The notes below the pieces were generated by a model. The model was given only the letters and a program-made list of their open reading frames with translations. It was not told the origin of the DNA and did no database searches. The position numbers and the translations under genes are program-made. DNA of 61,405 nucleotides, filler included, from Basidiobolus ranarum (taxonomy: Eukaryota): the NCBI GenBank assembly GCA_040143965.1. It is 12 parts of 12 records of this genome, joined end to end, with 100 filler letters (N's around TTAATTAATTAA, not from the genome) between each part and the next. Parts side by side here need not be neighbours in the genome. Positions count along the whole stretch, not along the records: positions 46,166 to 51,180 come from JASJQH010001742.1; positions 51,281 to 56,295 come from JASJQH010001743.1; positions 56,396 to 61,405 come from JASJQH010001744.1; 9 more parts are not named here. One strand, given 5' to 3'. Shown here piece by piece: positions 50,166-61,405 of the stretch (positions are counted from its first letter, which is position 1; every line of letters begins with the position of its first letter).

Positions 50166-50805
50166 TTACCTAACTGAAGGTGAGATATCGCATTGGTTAC
50201 AAATACACCAAGCAGAGGCAGTTAGTCTTCCGAATTCATCTTTGCTAGGGTAACAATCCTGGGACCATTGATGGTATTTTGGTGAAGCAGTCTGGCAAAG
50301 GCCACCACAACGCTAAATCGAACCATTATTAGATGATAATTAATGGTTAAATGAATAAGAATAATAAACTTACCGGTTTATGTTGGTCACAATAAGCCTT
50401 GACGTTGCCGTCTTGAATAACAAGGCTGGTAACTGTAGCTTTGGTTGTCTTGGCTGTGGGGATTTGTTTGGTAGAAAGTTGTGTATAATCTGTGCCATCA
50501 CCACATTGACACTTCAAATTGATCGTAGTGGAATTTGCTTGTGGTGCACATGTCAATGATCCAATAGGTGCGTTCTTGATGTTACCACAGTTAGACCCGC
50601 AGTTTAGCCTGCTCTAATGTTAGTGCCTGTATTCGCAAAGTACAGTTATGTATGAACACACTTACTTATAAATGTAGCAGTAGATAGAGGCAGCATTTGC
50701 ATCTGTGGTGATCTGGAAGGTATTTCCTTGTTGACCTGCAGGAGAGACTGGGGCGCCGAGAGCGCACGCAACGAATCCGAGAATAGTAAATAAGGCTTGT
50801 CTCAT
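50166..50805 (-). CDS. Small secreted cysteine-rich protein (173 aa, 3 exons, two internal Cys repeats)
   Basis: Exons 50805-50666, 50608-50374 and 50312-50166 with GTAAGT..AG introns; signal peptide MRQALFTILGFVACALG; 13 Cys in the mature part. Confidence 0.85.
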
Positions 50806-51069
50806 GGTATGAAGTTGATAAATGTAAAATAGAATGCTGTAATATGAAACGATGGCTCTCTATTTATATGTTTATGAATGAATAACTTGCGCTGAGCTAG
50901 CTTCTTCGATTTCTCAGACAAACCATGAATGGATTGAAAATGAATCATCCAGTCGTTTACAATTCGCCAGAGATCACGATCTTGATGTAATATTACGAAT
51001 GAAATAGATATATTCAATATGGGCTTATTCGATCCCTTAACTGCCATAAACAAATGTCAGGACAAAAGC

Positions 51070-51180
51070 TGGAATAATTCGCACATCTAGAATCCCGCTG
51101 CGATATCTGAGCCATTAGACATACAGTAGACTACACTGTTGGCTCGACTAATACACCACACAAACCAACTTGGAGTCGTT
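51070..51180 (+). repeat. 111-bp exact terminal direct repeat, right copy
   Basis: Identical to 46166-46276. Confidence 0.97.
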
Positions 51181-51280
51181 NNNNNNNNNNNNNNNNNNNN
51201 NNNNNNNNNNNNNNNNNNNNNNNNTTAATTAATTAANNNNNNNNNNNNNNNNNNNNNNNNNNNNNNNNNNNNNNNNNNNN

Positions 51281-52570
51281 ATTGAAGGATGGTGAGAGAT
51301 AATAGGCGAGTTTGGCCCAGGGATGCTTTCTGTGTACGCCGTCAGCAAACTCTTTGGCTTGAGCCATAATAGGGCTCTTGGTTTCCATCCACAAGAGATC
51401 CGCGTAAGGGGCGAAAGCAGCAGCTCTAGCAATACCGCACTTGTTACCACCATGGTATCTGTAGTAGCCTTCGGTAGTGCGTGGTTTCTCCCAATCAAAT
51501 TCGATTTGAATTCCGAGTGCCTTAGCAATGCGGCGGGCTTCGGTGATAGATACTTCACCTACCTCTGAATACCAAGTTTGAATTAGCTCTTCTTTACCAG
51601 GCTTGTCAGATATGCGAATGGCCTCAGCAACTGCATCTGGGTAGGTTTTCAATTGAGCATCATTCATCCACTGGGCTTCAATACGTCCAATTTCACTAGG
51701 CAACATCCCGGCTTCACGTGATTCATCCAACACTTCCACCAAAGCGCGGAGGTGCTTGTTACTAGTGCCCAGAATGAATGGGTGATCACGTTTATCGATA
51801 GTGCTGGTAATCAAGGTAGCAGCTTCGGCATCAGTACGAGCAACAATGAGATTCTCCACTCCCATGATATCGAATTGAACGCGAGCAGCAATTAGACGGT
51901 TAATGTGCTCACAGATTGGAACCAAAACCTTTCCTGCCATATGACCACATTTTTTGGTACCGGGTGCTTGATCTTCCATATGAATACCAGCAGCACCACG
52001 TTCAACAAACATCTTCGAAAGTTTCATGACAGCGGTGATACCACCATGACCGGTATCGGCATCAGCGATAATTGGTCGTAAATAGTCATGATTTTCAGAG
52101 GTAGCACGAACCTTGGCATCAAGCTTAAATCTTTGCTCTCGTTGTTTACGATCGTGGAATTGCTGAGCAAGGAATAATTGCTCCACTTTATTCGGAACGG
52201 TATCCATTGGGTAATCAGCGAGATCAGGCCCAGGTTCATTCGAGGTCGATGCAGTAGAGGAACTTTGCCAACCAGAGACATAGATCGTTTCCAAATATTT
52301 CGACATTAAAGTCACTTGAACAGGATCCAAGGAACCAAAAGTATGGGAAGTGGTACCATTACGGAAATGATTGGAAACGATGTTCCAAAGTTTCTTGGCC
52401 ATAACATTCGATGGATATTCAATGTGAAGTGTTCCGCGCTTAGCAACGATAGATTCGGCAGAGTATGGCCGAGTTACGTGAGTAAAACGGTCGGATTGCC
52501 ACCATTGACGTACTTTAGCACATTCCTCTTCGAATAGGGATTCTTCGTCGAAATGTCTATTATTGTTCAT
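51281..52570 (-). CDS. ICL1: Isocitrate lyase (3' end cut)
   Basis: [70 protein letters not shown]. Confidence 0.95.
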
Positions 52571-54740
52571 GGTGAAAGGGCTAGTTGGATAGCTCTAGTA
52601 TGGAAAAGATGCAGATGGAATAAAGTGAAGTGGTGAGATTGGAAGCGAGTTATTCCTCTTATATAGCTGGTGCAAAAGGGGTAGAGAAGGAGAATACCGA
52701 GATAGGGGAGGGGTGAGTTTGACACGATACTTAAAAAATTTCGATTAGGAACTCAGACTGAACCTATAAGAGCGGGATATTGTAAGGTTTACTCTCTGTG
52801 CAAGGCTCTGAGCATTGGCAATTTGTATGTCCCCCGATGAGAAAATCGAAAGGGAGTTTACCGGGCGAGGAGCCAGTGAAAGCTGAATGGTATCATCTCT
52901 GAAACCGGGGCGGTTAAATTTAGCAGAGTACAGAATTAGAGGATAAACATGGTAGAGGGAGCAGAGTTTGGAATTTAGCATGACTAGAGGTAAAACCTGC
53001 TTAATAATTTAATGCTTCTTTTTAGTCATATGAAAGCGGGAGCCTCTGGAATCACATGTTGTTGAGTAAACTAGTCCAAATTGACTCACGATCACTCAAG
53101 AGATATAGTAAATCCACCACTCATCCCTTCTCTGCAGATGTTTTCCATGTGAATCCAATTAAACATCCCCTTCAACCTCTCTTGAACACTTGCTACGTCT
53201 GAAGGAATGTGACTCGTTATGATGCGATATTCATGCGCCGCCATTACAATGATACTCGTATTCTTGCTTCTTAATAGGTCATCATGTGAATCCTTGATAG
53301 ACACTATTTCCGAGTATCAAAGAATCCAATTTTGACAGCAGGTGGATCCGACCCTTGGGTCATTGTTTCCTACTCACGATCACCTCTTCGTCAGACTACG
53401 TGCTATATAGAGCATTGCCAACATGTAACTCCGCTAATCACATATTATACTAACTCATCTCAACATTTAGCATTCCCTAAAAAGCTCTGTGCTAATGAGG
53501 TGCCTTGGGATTAGACAATCAATAGTGGATAGCGTATGGAGCATGAAACTATCCATCCCAAGTCAAGTTCCATCACTCGGGAGGACAGGAGAATTCATTA
53601 GGATTGCACGTGCAATTGGCTTCTACTATGCTGATTTTCATTTTACCCAATTTCAATGTGAATCCACTAAATTGTAACGGATGAGAGCTACCATTGGAAT
53701 AGAGCTAGGGGATTCTGTGTAATGGCTAGGTTAAGCTGAATATTTCTCAATGTAGCTCTATCCAATCAACGGAGTTTAGAATCAACTTAGTTACAGTAAG
53801 CTCTATAAACTCCGTTTATTGGATGAATTTGAAGTCATGAAAGCTTGGCCCGCTCCTGATACAACACATTTGATGCTGGACATCACCCAACAGATACTAA
53901 TTCTATAGATTGTGAAAGGGCCGCATTGTCTTCATGGAAGGTCAGAGTTCCTTTCCTATATGGGTACGAGGATTGCCATTTGAAATACGGTTTCAGGAAT
54001 GCCAATCACCAAGACTGCCCCCTAAGAAAGCATATCGCCAATTGACTCATTACTAGTCATTTGACGTCAAGCTTTGACTGCTTCACGAATATGGCAAAAT
54101 TCTACTGAAACTAGAAAATATTCCAACTTTAATTCATCACTTATGCAGCAGAGTATGTGTAGCACTCGAGTCTAACTTGTTTTGGGTTTTATATGACCTA
54201 ACAATAGGAATGTATTATTACTGTCTCTATTTAGGAAGTGAATTCAACTCCACTAGTGTTCATTATATGGAAAGTAGAGGTTCTAAACATTTCTAAGGCT
54301 GTATACCTGTCATGCTAAAGGACTGGTTTAGAAGAGAAGGTAAGAACACACTGTAGAGTCTAATACTCATCATAATACAATTAAGTGAAGTCATACATAG
54401 TAGAAGAGTATGATTCAGAGTTATTTTGATATTACTCACTAACAGAATAAATCTTTATAATATTCGAAATATAGCCAGATATTCAAATGTCTCAGCATAA
54501 TCAATGTGAGGTAACTATACTTTTATTCAACTTCGAGAATGTAACTCGTGCAGATTAAGGATTTCATATCCATTTGCACCACATTCTTTTCACCGGGTTA
54601 TCTGTCTTAAAGAGACATATTATCTTATTGTCTTTAAACATTTTACTTTATTGATTTCTCTTAAAGCATTTTCGATTTAAGCAGGTTATTTAACAATTGA
54701 GGATTGAATTCAAGGGCGAATTGATGATTAATATACATCA

Positions 54741-56051
54741 TTATTTAGGATGACGGAAGTTCTCACCAGCGTAAATGGCCTTATCGCCGAGCTCTTCTTC
54801 AATACGAAGGATTTGGTTATACTTAGCAAGACGCTCAGAACGGCAAGGAGCACCAGTCTTGATTTGGCCAACACGAAGACCGACGACGAGATCAGCAATG
54901 AAGGTATCTTCGGTTTCACCAGAACGATGAGAGACCATTACTCCCCAACCATCCTTGCGGGCAAGATTAGAAGCACGGATCGACTCGGTGACGGTTCCAA
55001 TTTGGTTGACCTTCAAGAGTAACCCATTGCAGGCCTTCTTTTCAATAGCGGTTTGGATACGTTCAGGGTTGGTGACAGTCAAATCATCACCAACAATTTG
55101 GGTGTTCTTCCCGACTTGGGCAGTAAGATGAGACCAAGCTTCCCAATCATCTTGATCGAATGGATCTTCAATAGAGATGATACCGTAATCATCGGCAAAC
55201 TCCTTGTAGAGGCTAGCCAACTTCTCACCGGAGAGCCATTTGCTCTTGTCAGAATTGGCACTCTTGAAGTCCAAGTCATATTTGTTCTCCTTGTAGAATT
55301 CAGATGCAGCAACATCCATACCAATCTTAACCTTGCCAGTGTATCCGGCCTTTTCAATGGCAGTCTTCAAAAGTTCGAGACCCTCCTTGTTATCTTGAAT
55401 GTTAGGGGCAAAACCACCTTCATCACCTACATTCGTGGCATCTTGTCCGTATTTAGACTTGATTACAGATTTAAGAGCATGGTAAACCTCGGAACCCATC
55501 TTCATGGCTTCAGTGAATGATTTGGCTCCGGTGGGAAGGATCATGAATTCTTGCATGGCAAGCTTGTTACCAGCATGGGATCCACCATTTAATACATTGA
55601 AAGAAGGTACTGGGAGAACAAAAGGTTTTTTAGCTCCAGAGAGGTCAGAAATGTGAGCATATAGAGGAATTCCCTTCTCAGCAGCACCAGCGTAGGCAGC
55701 GGCGAGTGAAACGCCTAGAATAGCATTAGCGCCAAGCTTAGCTTTATTTTTAGTACCGTCCAGTTTGATCATGAATTCATCGATCGCCTCTTGATCGGTG
55801 ATGTTGATATTTTCTTTGATCAAGGCGGGTGCGATAACCTTTTTAACGTTTTCAACAGCCTTGAAGACTGATTTACCAAGGTAGTTGGCCTTGTCTTCAT
55901 CACGAAGTTCTAATGCCTCATGAATACCGGTGGAGGCACCGGAAGGGACAGCAGCACGGAAAGTACCCTTGTCAGTGGTTAGTTCAACTTCAACAGTGGG
56001 ATTACCACGGGAGTCGAAGATTTGGCGAGCGTGAATCTTAGTGATGGCCAT
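54741..56051 (-). CDS. ENO1: Enolase (intronless)
   Basis: [64 protein letters not shown]. Confidence 0.98.
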   Translation of the reverse strand: MAITKIHARQIFDSRGNPTVEVELTTDKGTFRAAVPSGASTGIHEALELRDEDKANYLGKSVFKAVENVKKVIAPALIKENINITDQEAIDEFMIKLDGTKNKAKLGANAILGVSLAAAYAGAAEKGIPLYAHISDLSGAKKPFVLPVPSFNVLNGGSHAGNKLAMQEFMILPTGAKSFTEAMKMGSEVYHALKSVIKSKYGQDATNVGDEGGFAPNIQDNKEGLELLKTAIEKAGYTGKVKIGMDVAASEFYKENKYDLDFKSANSDKSKWLSGEKLASLYKEFADDYGIISIEDPFDQDDWEAWSHLTAQVGKNTQIVGDDLTVTNPERIQTAIEKKACNGLLLKVNQIGTVTESIRASNLARKDGWGVMVSHRSGETEDTFIADLVVGLRVGQIKTGAPCRSERLAKYNQILRIEEELGDKAIYAGENFRHPK

Positions 56052-56395
56052 GTTGATGATTAAAAGAGATCAGTTGATGATTCTTGGGAATTAAGGAGAG
56101 ACGAACTCATGGTTTTATATTCAATATTTCCAGCCACGCATCTCGATTACGCAACATAGTCATGCCATGACCAACCATCTCGACGTGCACTATCCATTAA
56201 TTAAAAATACCCAGTATATCGAATAATAGCCCAATAGTCTATGGAAAACCAGACCTATCGGTTGAGTTCAGTTTTCCAGTAACACGCATACCCAANNNNN
56301 NNNNNNNNNNNNNNNNNNNNNNNNNNNNNNNNNNNNNNNTTAATTAATTAANNNNNNNNNNNNNNNNNNNNNNNNNNNNNNNNNNNNNNNNNNNN

Positions 56396-58084
56396 AACAA
56401 TCTGCAAAATAGCTAAATCTAGCCAGAGCATCCTAACTTTTGGAAATCCCCTATGTTGAAGATTTAAGGAGATCTATTCCTCAGCAAAATAATGCTGATC
56501 ATCATTTTTTGGGGCTGTGAGATGTCCAACAGGCTTCAACAATGGTGTCCCTAATAGGAATAAAACATTGGCCAGTATTGTAAGGCACTAAAACATTTAA
56601 TCAAAGATTGCAGAAACAGGATTTTTGCCAAAAAGTTAAATTAGGAGCAAGCAAATCTAGAAAACACTGATAGGGATCATCTTATTGTTTCTGCCTTATC
56701 AATAACCACTAACAAAGTCTCAGTAACAACTAAAAAAGACTCAGGAACATAGTACATTGTTTCAGGAGCTTCCCAGGATATGTCAAATGAGCAACATTGG
56801 CTTTCCAGCTTAAAGCCCACCAAACATGGAAAGTCTATATAGGAGATGACTATGCACTAGGTGCGGCTGGTATGGGCACATTTGTAATCAATCTAGACCA
56901 AAATTCAGCAGCACCATCTGCAAAAGTGGATGATGAACTTGATGTATCAAATATGGTAGAGAGCACACTCTCAGTAAGCCAAGTGAAAGCTCAAGGACTA
57001 AAATTCATGTTCAACAATGCCAGCTGCACTAATGTAGATCAGATTGATATCCAAGTAAACTATTGGGATCAATACTTATAACTTTTACAAGCAAGACATG
57101 AATAATTGCATTCCAAGCTTTCCAATAGGGCACATAAGATTAGGACACATTAAGGAACAAAAACTGACCCGAATTATACAAAATCAGCTTGTTTCAAGAT
57201 TCAATGTTGAAAATGTCACCTGATTGGATCTGTGAGAAGATTGAATATTTGGAAAACATCACAGACAGCTATTTTCAAGCTCTGGAGAGATCAATTCAAC
57301 TACAAATTTGCCCTGATTCATTTTGCCCCATGATGGCCTTTGAAAACTTCTTACTAGATGGCAAAAGGTACTCTATGACCATTTTTGATGACAAAACAAG
57401 TAATACTTGGGTACTCATTGTCTGAACATACTCTGAAGCTTCAACTACATCCAAGCATCACAAAGTGATGGTAATTAACAAATCAGCCCAAGAAATGAGG
57501 GTACTAAGGAGGGATGAAGGAAGAGAATGCTGCTCTGAAGACTTTGCTAGTTTTTACTCTAAACATGTAATTAAGCAACAAAGAACTATACCTGGTATGC
57601 CATCACAGATTGGAGCTGCACAAAATGCCAACAGGACCTTAGTGGAGATGGCAAGATCAATGTTATGTGATCTAAAGTAAGATTTCTAGCATTGAGCTGA
57701 ATACCTCTCCACTGCACTCAACAACAGAAACAGATGCCCAACAAGATTGCTACAAGTTTCTCCTCTATTTGAAGCCTTATATGGATCAAAACCATATGTG
57801 GATCATCCCTGGATCTTTGTTTGCATAACATATTGCCTGATTCCAGCTCAAGAACACTCTAAATTTGAACCCAAAGGCATTAGATATATAATTCTTGGAT
57901 ACTCTTGGATACTCTGATGCATCAAAGGCTTACAAACTGTTTGTACCAAAAACAAGAAGTTAATTTGTGCAGTGATGTGGTTTGGCTGAAGGAGCGACTC
58001 CCAACTCAAATTGCAGTTCTTGATCCGGAAAACACCATCAGCACTAATCAGGAAGCATCTGATGAAGTTCCAGCTGTATCTAGA
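56396..58084 (+). mobile_element. Degenerate Ty1/copia gag-protease-integrase
   Basis: *YIVSGASQDMS (protease W.IDSGAS.HM), HIRLGH, QIGAAQNANRTLVEMARSML; many stops. Confidence 0.85.
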
Positions 58085-58300
58085 TAAAAGTGTTCAGGGG
58101 ATTTGGAAGTGTTTTTGAACAAGATTTGGATTTGTGAATCATACACTTGAGTTTTATTAAATTGAATATGTCCTACTTATAGTTTACTATGAAATAGGAC
58201 TATTAGATGTGCTTGGATCATAACAAACCTGCCTGATAAGTATGGATGAAAATTTGAGGTGATTTGGAGAAGTTTTGAGAAAATAGCAAAAATTGGTAAA
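58085..58300 (+). repeat. Dispersed repeat family A
   Basis: Matches ~9985-10180 and the reverse complement of 1-190. Confidence 0.85.
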
Positions 58301-58433
58301 AGTGACCTAACTGATATTTCCATCCATTAGAGCAATAAACACACATTCTTTGATGGCAGAATTAAGTGCTAAATAATCAGATTATGAGTAAGCAACTACT
58401 AAATTATGAGTTGCTATTTATATAATCTTAACA

Positions 58434-61405
58434 TTCCCACTCATCTATTTATTTTGTATTTCTCTTAAACAAACTTATATCTTGATAATTTAAATAGGGC
58501 TTTAGCTAAAGGTTTGGTTAAGATGCCAGCAATCATTTCTTCAGTTGGGCAATAGACAGGTTGATTTATATCATTCTCTCATGCTTCTTCAAAAAAATCA
58601 TGCCTAATATATATATGTTTTGTTCTAGCTTGAGCTGCAGGGTTTTTAGCTAATACAACGCAACTTTGACTATTGTCAAATACAGTAATAGCACATTTTT
58701 GCATATACCCTAAGTCTACAAATAACTTCCTTAACCACATGGCTTCTTGTTTAGTAGCAGAGGCAGCCATATACTTTGATTCTGTAGTGGAAAAAGCTAT
58801 GATTGGTTGCTTCTTACTATTCCAGGTTATAGCTCCATTATCATAGAGTAAAGTATACCCAGCTTTTGATCTTCAATCATCAGGGTTTCATCGCACATCT
58901 GCATCACTGTAGCCTTCAAAACTTTGTGCACCAGGGGTGGAAAAGTATTCAAGAACTAAACCTACAGATCCTTTCAAATACCTGATTATTTGTTTGACTG
59001 CAGTTTTGTGCTCCGATCCTGGATTTGGGAGATATTGGCTGATAGTTCTTACTGCCACAGCAATGGCTGGAAGTGTTCCAACCATTGTATATATTAAACT
59101 ACCTGCCATGGATTGATCAGGGCACTCCTGACTTTGATTTGAGTTATTTTGGGCCAAATCAGAAAATGTTTTGATCAATTTCACATAGGAATCAATTGAT
59201 ATTTGTTCAGGCTTGCTATCCTATATGTTGATGTGTTTTTGGATATCTAGGATGTATCTAGACTGCTTCAGCATGATTTTATCAATGTGTATATCTCTCT
59301 TGATTTGGATTCCAAGAAAATAACTTAACTCACCCATGTAAGTCTTGTGAAACTGGTATGATAAGCTGCTTTTTGTCTGATTAAGTGCTTCTAGATCATT
59401 TGTTGCTATGATTATGTTATCTGTATATAGTGTCAAGACAAGGATCCTATTTCTGGTTGTTCTGATTAAAATACTGCAATCTGCTGTTGATTTTGGAATC
59501 CTAGTGATTCCCAATATGCAGCTATTTTGTTTTACAAGCCCCTGGGTGCTTTGTTGAGTCCCTATAGCAATTTTGCAGTTTACAGACCTTAGCAAGGTGT
59601 TTAGGGTCAACAAATCCATCAGGTTGATCCACATTGATCTCTTCTTCTGGATTTCAATTCAGAAAGGCTGTTTTCATATCCATTTGAAGTAAATTAAGGT
59701 TATGGATGGCTGAGAGTGCCTGGATTGATCTAATGGAGCTAGGGTTCCATCAGCTTGGCTTTTGACTTTGTAGACCTATTTGCTACTTATTTGCTTTATC
59801 CCTGATGGTAGATGAGTCAAACCTATGCTTTATTGTCCTCAAATGAAGAAAACTAATCAGACTTTGTTTTTTCCCATATTCTGATTCTAAACACTCTGGA
59901 GGTTAATCTAGAGTCTGTGGCACATCACAGAATGCTGCATAAGCATACACATCCTCATAGGAAGTGTTCCACCAGTTTCCTGGCTTTTTTCTTCTCCTGG
60001 ATGATCTTCTGGGTTGTAAATCAACAGCCAATGTAATCAGGACTAGTAATCTGGCTGAATAGGGCCCAAATACAGCTGCAACTTTGTCAGACACTTCCTG
60101 AATAGTGCTAATTGTGCATTCTGGATCAAGAACTGATATTTTAGGGGGAAAATTTGCTTTTTCATCACAAATCACATCTCTGCACATAATTAACTTCCAA
60201 TTTTTGGTATTGTACAGTCTGTAGGCCTTATATCCATCACAGTAGCATGAAATATGTATTTTATGCTTTTGGGTCCTAACCTAGAGCATATTTGAGTGCA
60301 AATTAGGCAATATGCTGTTCAACCAAAGATTCTGAGATGATCCACACTTGGTTTTGCTCCATGTAGGGCTTCAAATGGAGTTGAATCTGATAGCTATCTT
60401 GTTGGGCATCTGTTTTTTGATATTGACTGCAGTTGAGACAGATTTGGCCTAATATTGGGAATCTAACTTTTGATCATGTAACATTGATTTTGCCATCTCT
60501 ACTATGGGCCCATTAGTAAGTTCTGCAGCCCCATTTTGCTGAGGAGTATAAGGTACAGTAGTTTGTTGCTTAATTTTCCATGTTTGCAACCAAAACTAGC
60601 AAAGTCTATAGAGCAGTATCCTGAACCATTATCTCTCCTTAGTATCCTTATTTTTGGTGCCAATTCTTTCTCTACCATTTTGTTTACAGTACTTGAAATA
60701 TGCTATGGCTTCAGATCCTGACTTGAGAGAGAATATCTGAATATATCTTGTTTTGTCCTCAATACAGGGCATAAATAACCTACTCCCCCAAATGAGAGGT
60801 TCTTCATGGGCCCACATAGGGCAGAATGAATCCAGCCAAATTCTGAGTGGATTTGATTGCTTCAGAGCTTGAAACTGGCTGCTTGTGTTGATTTCCATAC
60901 ATGCAATCTTTGCACAGATCCAATTTAGAAATGTTTTCAATTTCTCAGCCGGAAACAAGCTGATTTTGAAACATTTGGGTCAGATTTTGTTTCCCAATGT
61001 GGCCTAATTTTCTATTCTACATTGACAGCTTATATCGTGGGTTTTGGCCAATTTTTCATGCTTAGAAACCAGTTTGTTGATTTCAAGTTTATGTAAATTT
61101 TGAGTTTTGATCCCAGTAGCAATTTTGGTATTATTTGGTTCTGTGATAGGGCTTCCAGCTTTGCTGAACATGGAATTTAGGCCTTGAGTTGTTGCTTGTC
61201 TGACTGAAAGTAGATTCTTGGCTATATTTGGTACATAGAGTACATCATCCAATTTTGCAGAAGGGGTAGCTGAATGTGGGTCCAAATTGAGCCCAACTGT
61301 GCTCTTCCCAACTGCATCTCGTGCATTGTCTTCACCTACGTACACTTTACTTGTTTGGATGGGCTTTAAGCGGGAAAACCAATCTTTCTTATTTGGCATC
61401 TGTTA
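58434..61405 (-). mobile_element. Degenerate Ty1/copia pol (protease-integrase-RT-RNase H) with PPT
   Basis: LDDVLYVPNIAKNLLSV, QNGAAE, MGELSYFLGIQI, GSLIY, EGYSDAD, RTKHIYIRH; GAGTGGGAA then TGTTAA marks an LTR start at 58433; same family as 56396-58084. Confidence 0.9.

Noticed and set aside
48292-55520. Antisense ORFs overlapping GH20, ICL and enolase
   Set aside because: Expected shadow ORFs from codon bias, with no independent motifs.
5043-56395. Regular ~5.1-kb periodic TTAATTAATTAA motif as a biological repeat or array
   Set aside because: It is always embedded in N-runs totalling 100 nt, i.e. an assembly linker.

Overview
This is eukaryotic, AT-rich fungal DNA with short spliceosomal introns, probably from an early-diverging fungus (lineage is an inference). 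It is not one locus. Twelve ~5.0-kb contigs, sorted by decreasing length, are joined by artificial 100-nt spacers (N..TTAATTAATTAA..N), so gene neighbourhood is meaningful only within a contig. Contigs 1 and 12 are nests of decayed, CpG-poor Ty1/copia and Ty3/gypsy fragments plus an unclassified dispersed repeat. Housekeeping genes include GOS1, 14-3-3, a Pho80/Pcl-type cyclin, BUB2, a Utp12-domain protein, COG6, isocitrate lyase and enolase. The most interesting signals are: (i) a killer-toxin-like (subgroup C) GH18 chitinase with a CBM18 and a hormone-receptor (HRM)-like C-terminal module, next to a secreted protein with at least 8 LysM domains; (ii) a contig with exact 111-bp terminal redundancy (4,904-bp tandem or circular unit) carrying a small Cys-rich secreted protein and a 5'-truncated GH20 hexosaminidase; (iii) an intronless bacterial-type YecM gene between intron-containing fungal genes; (iv) a contig of broken cell-surface genes beside a CACTA-like terminus.
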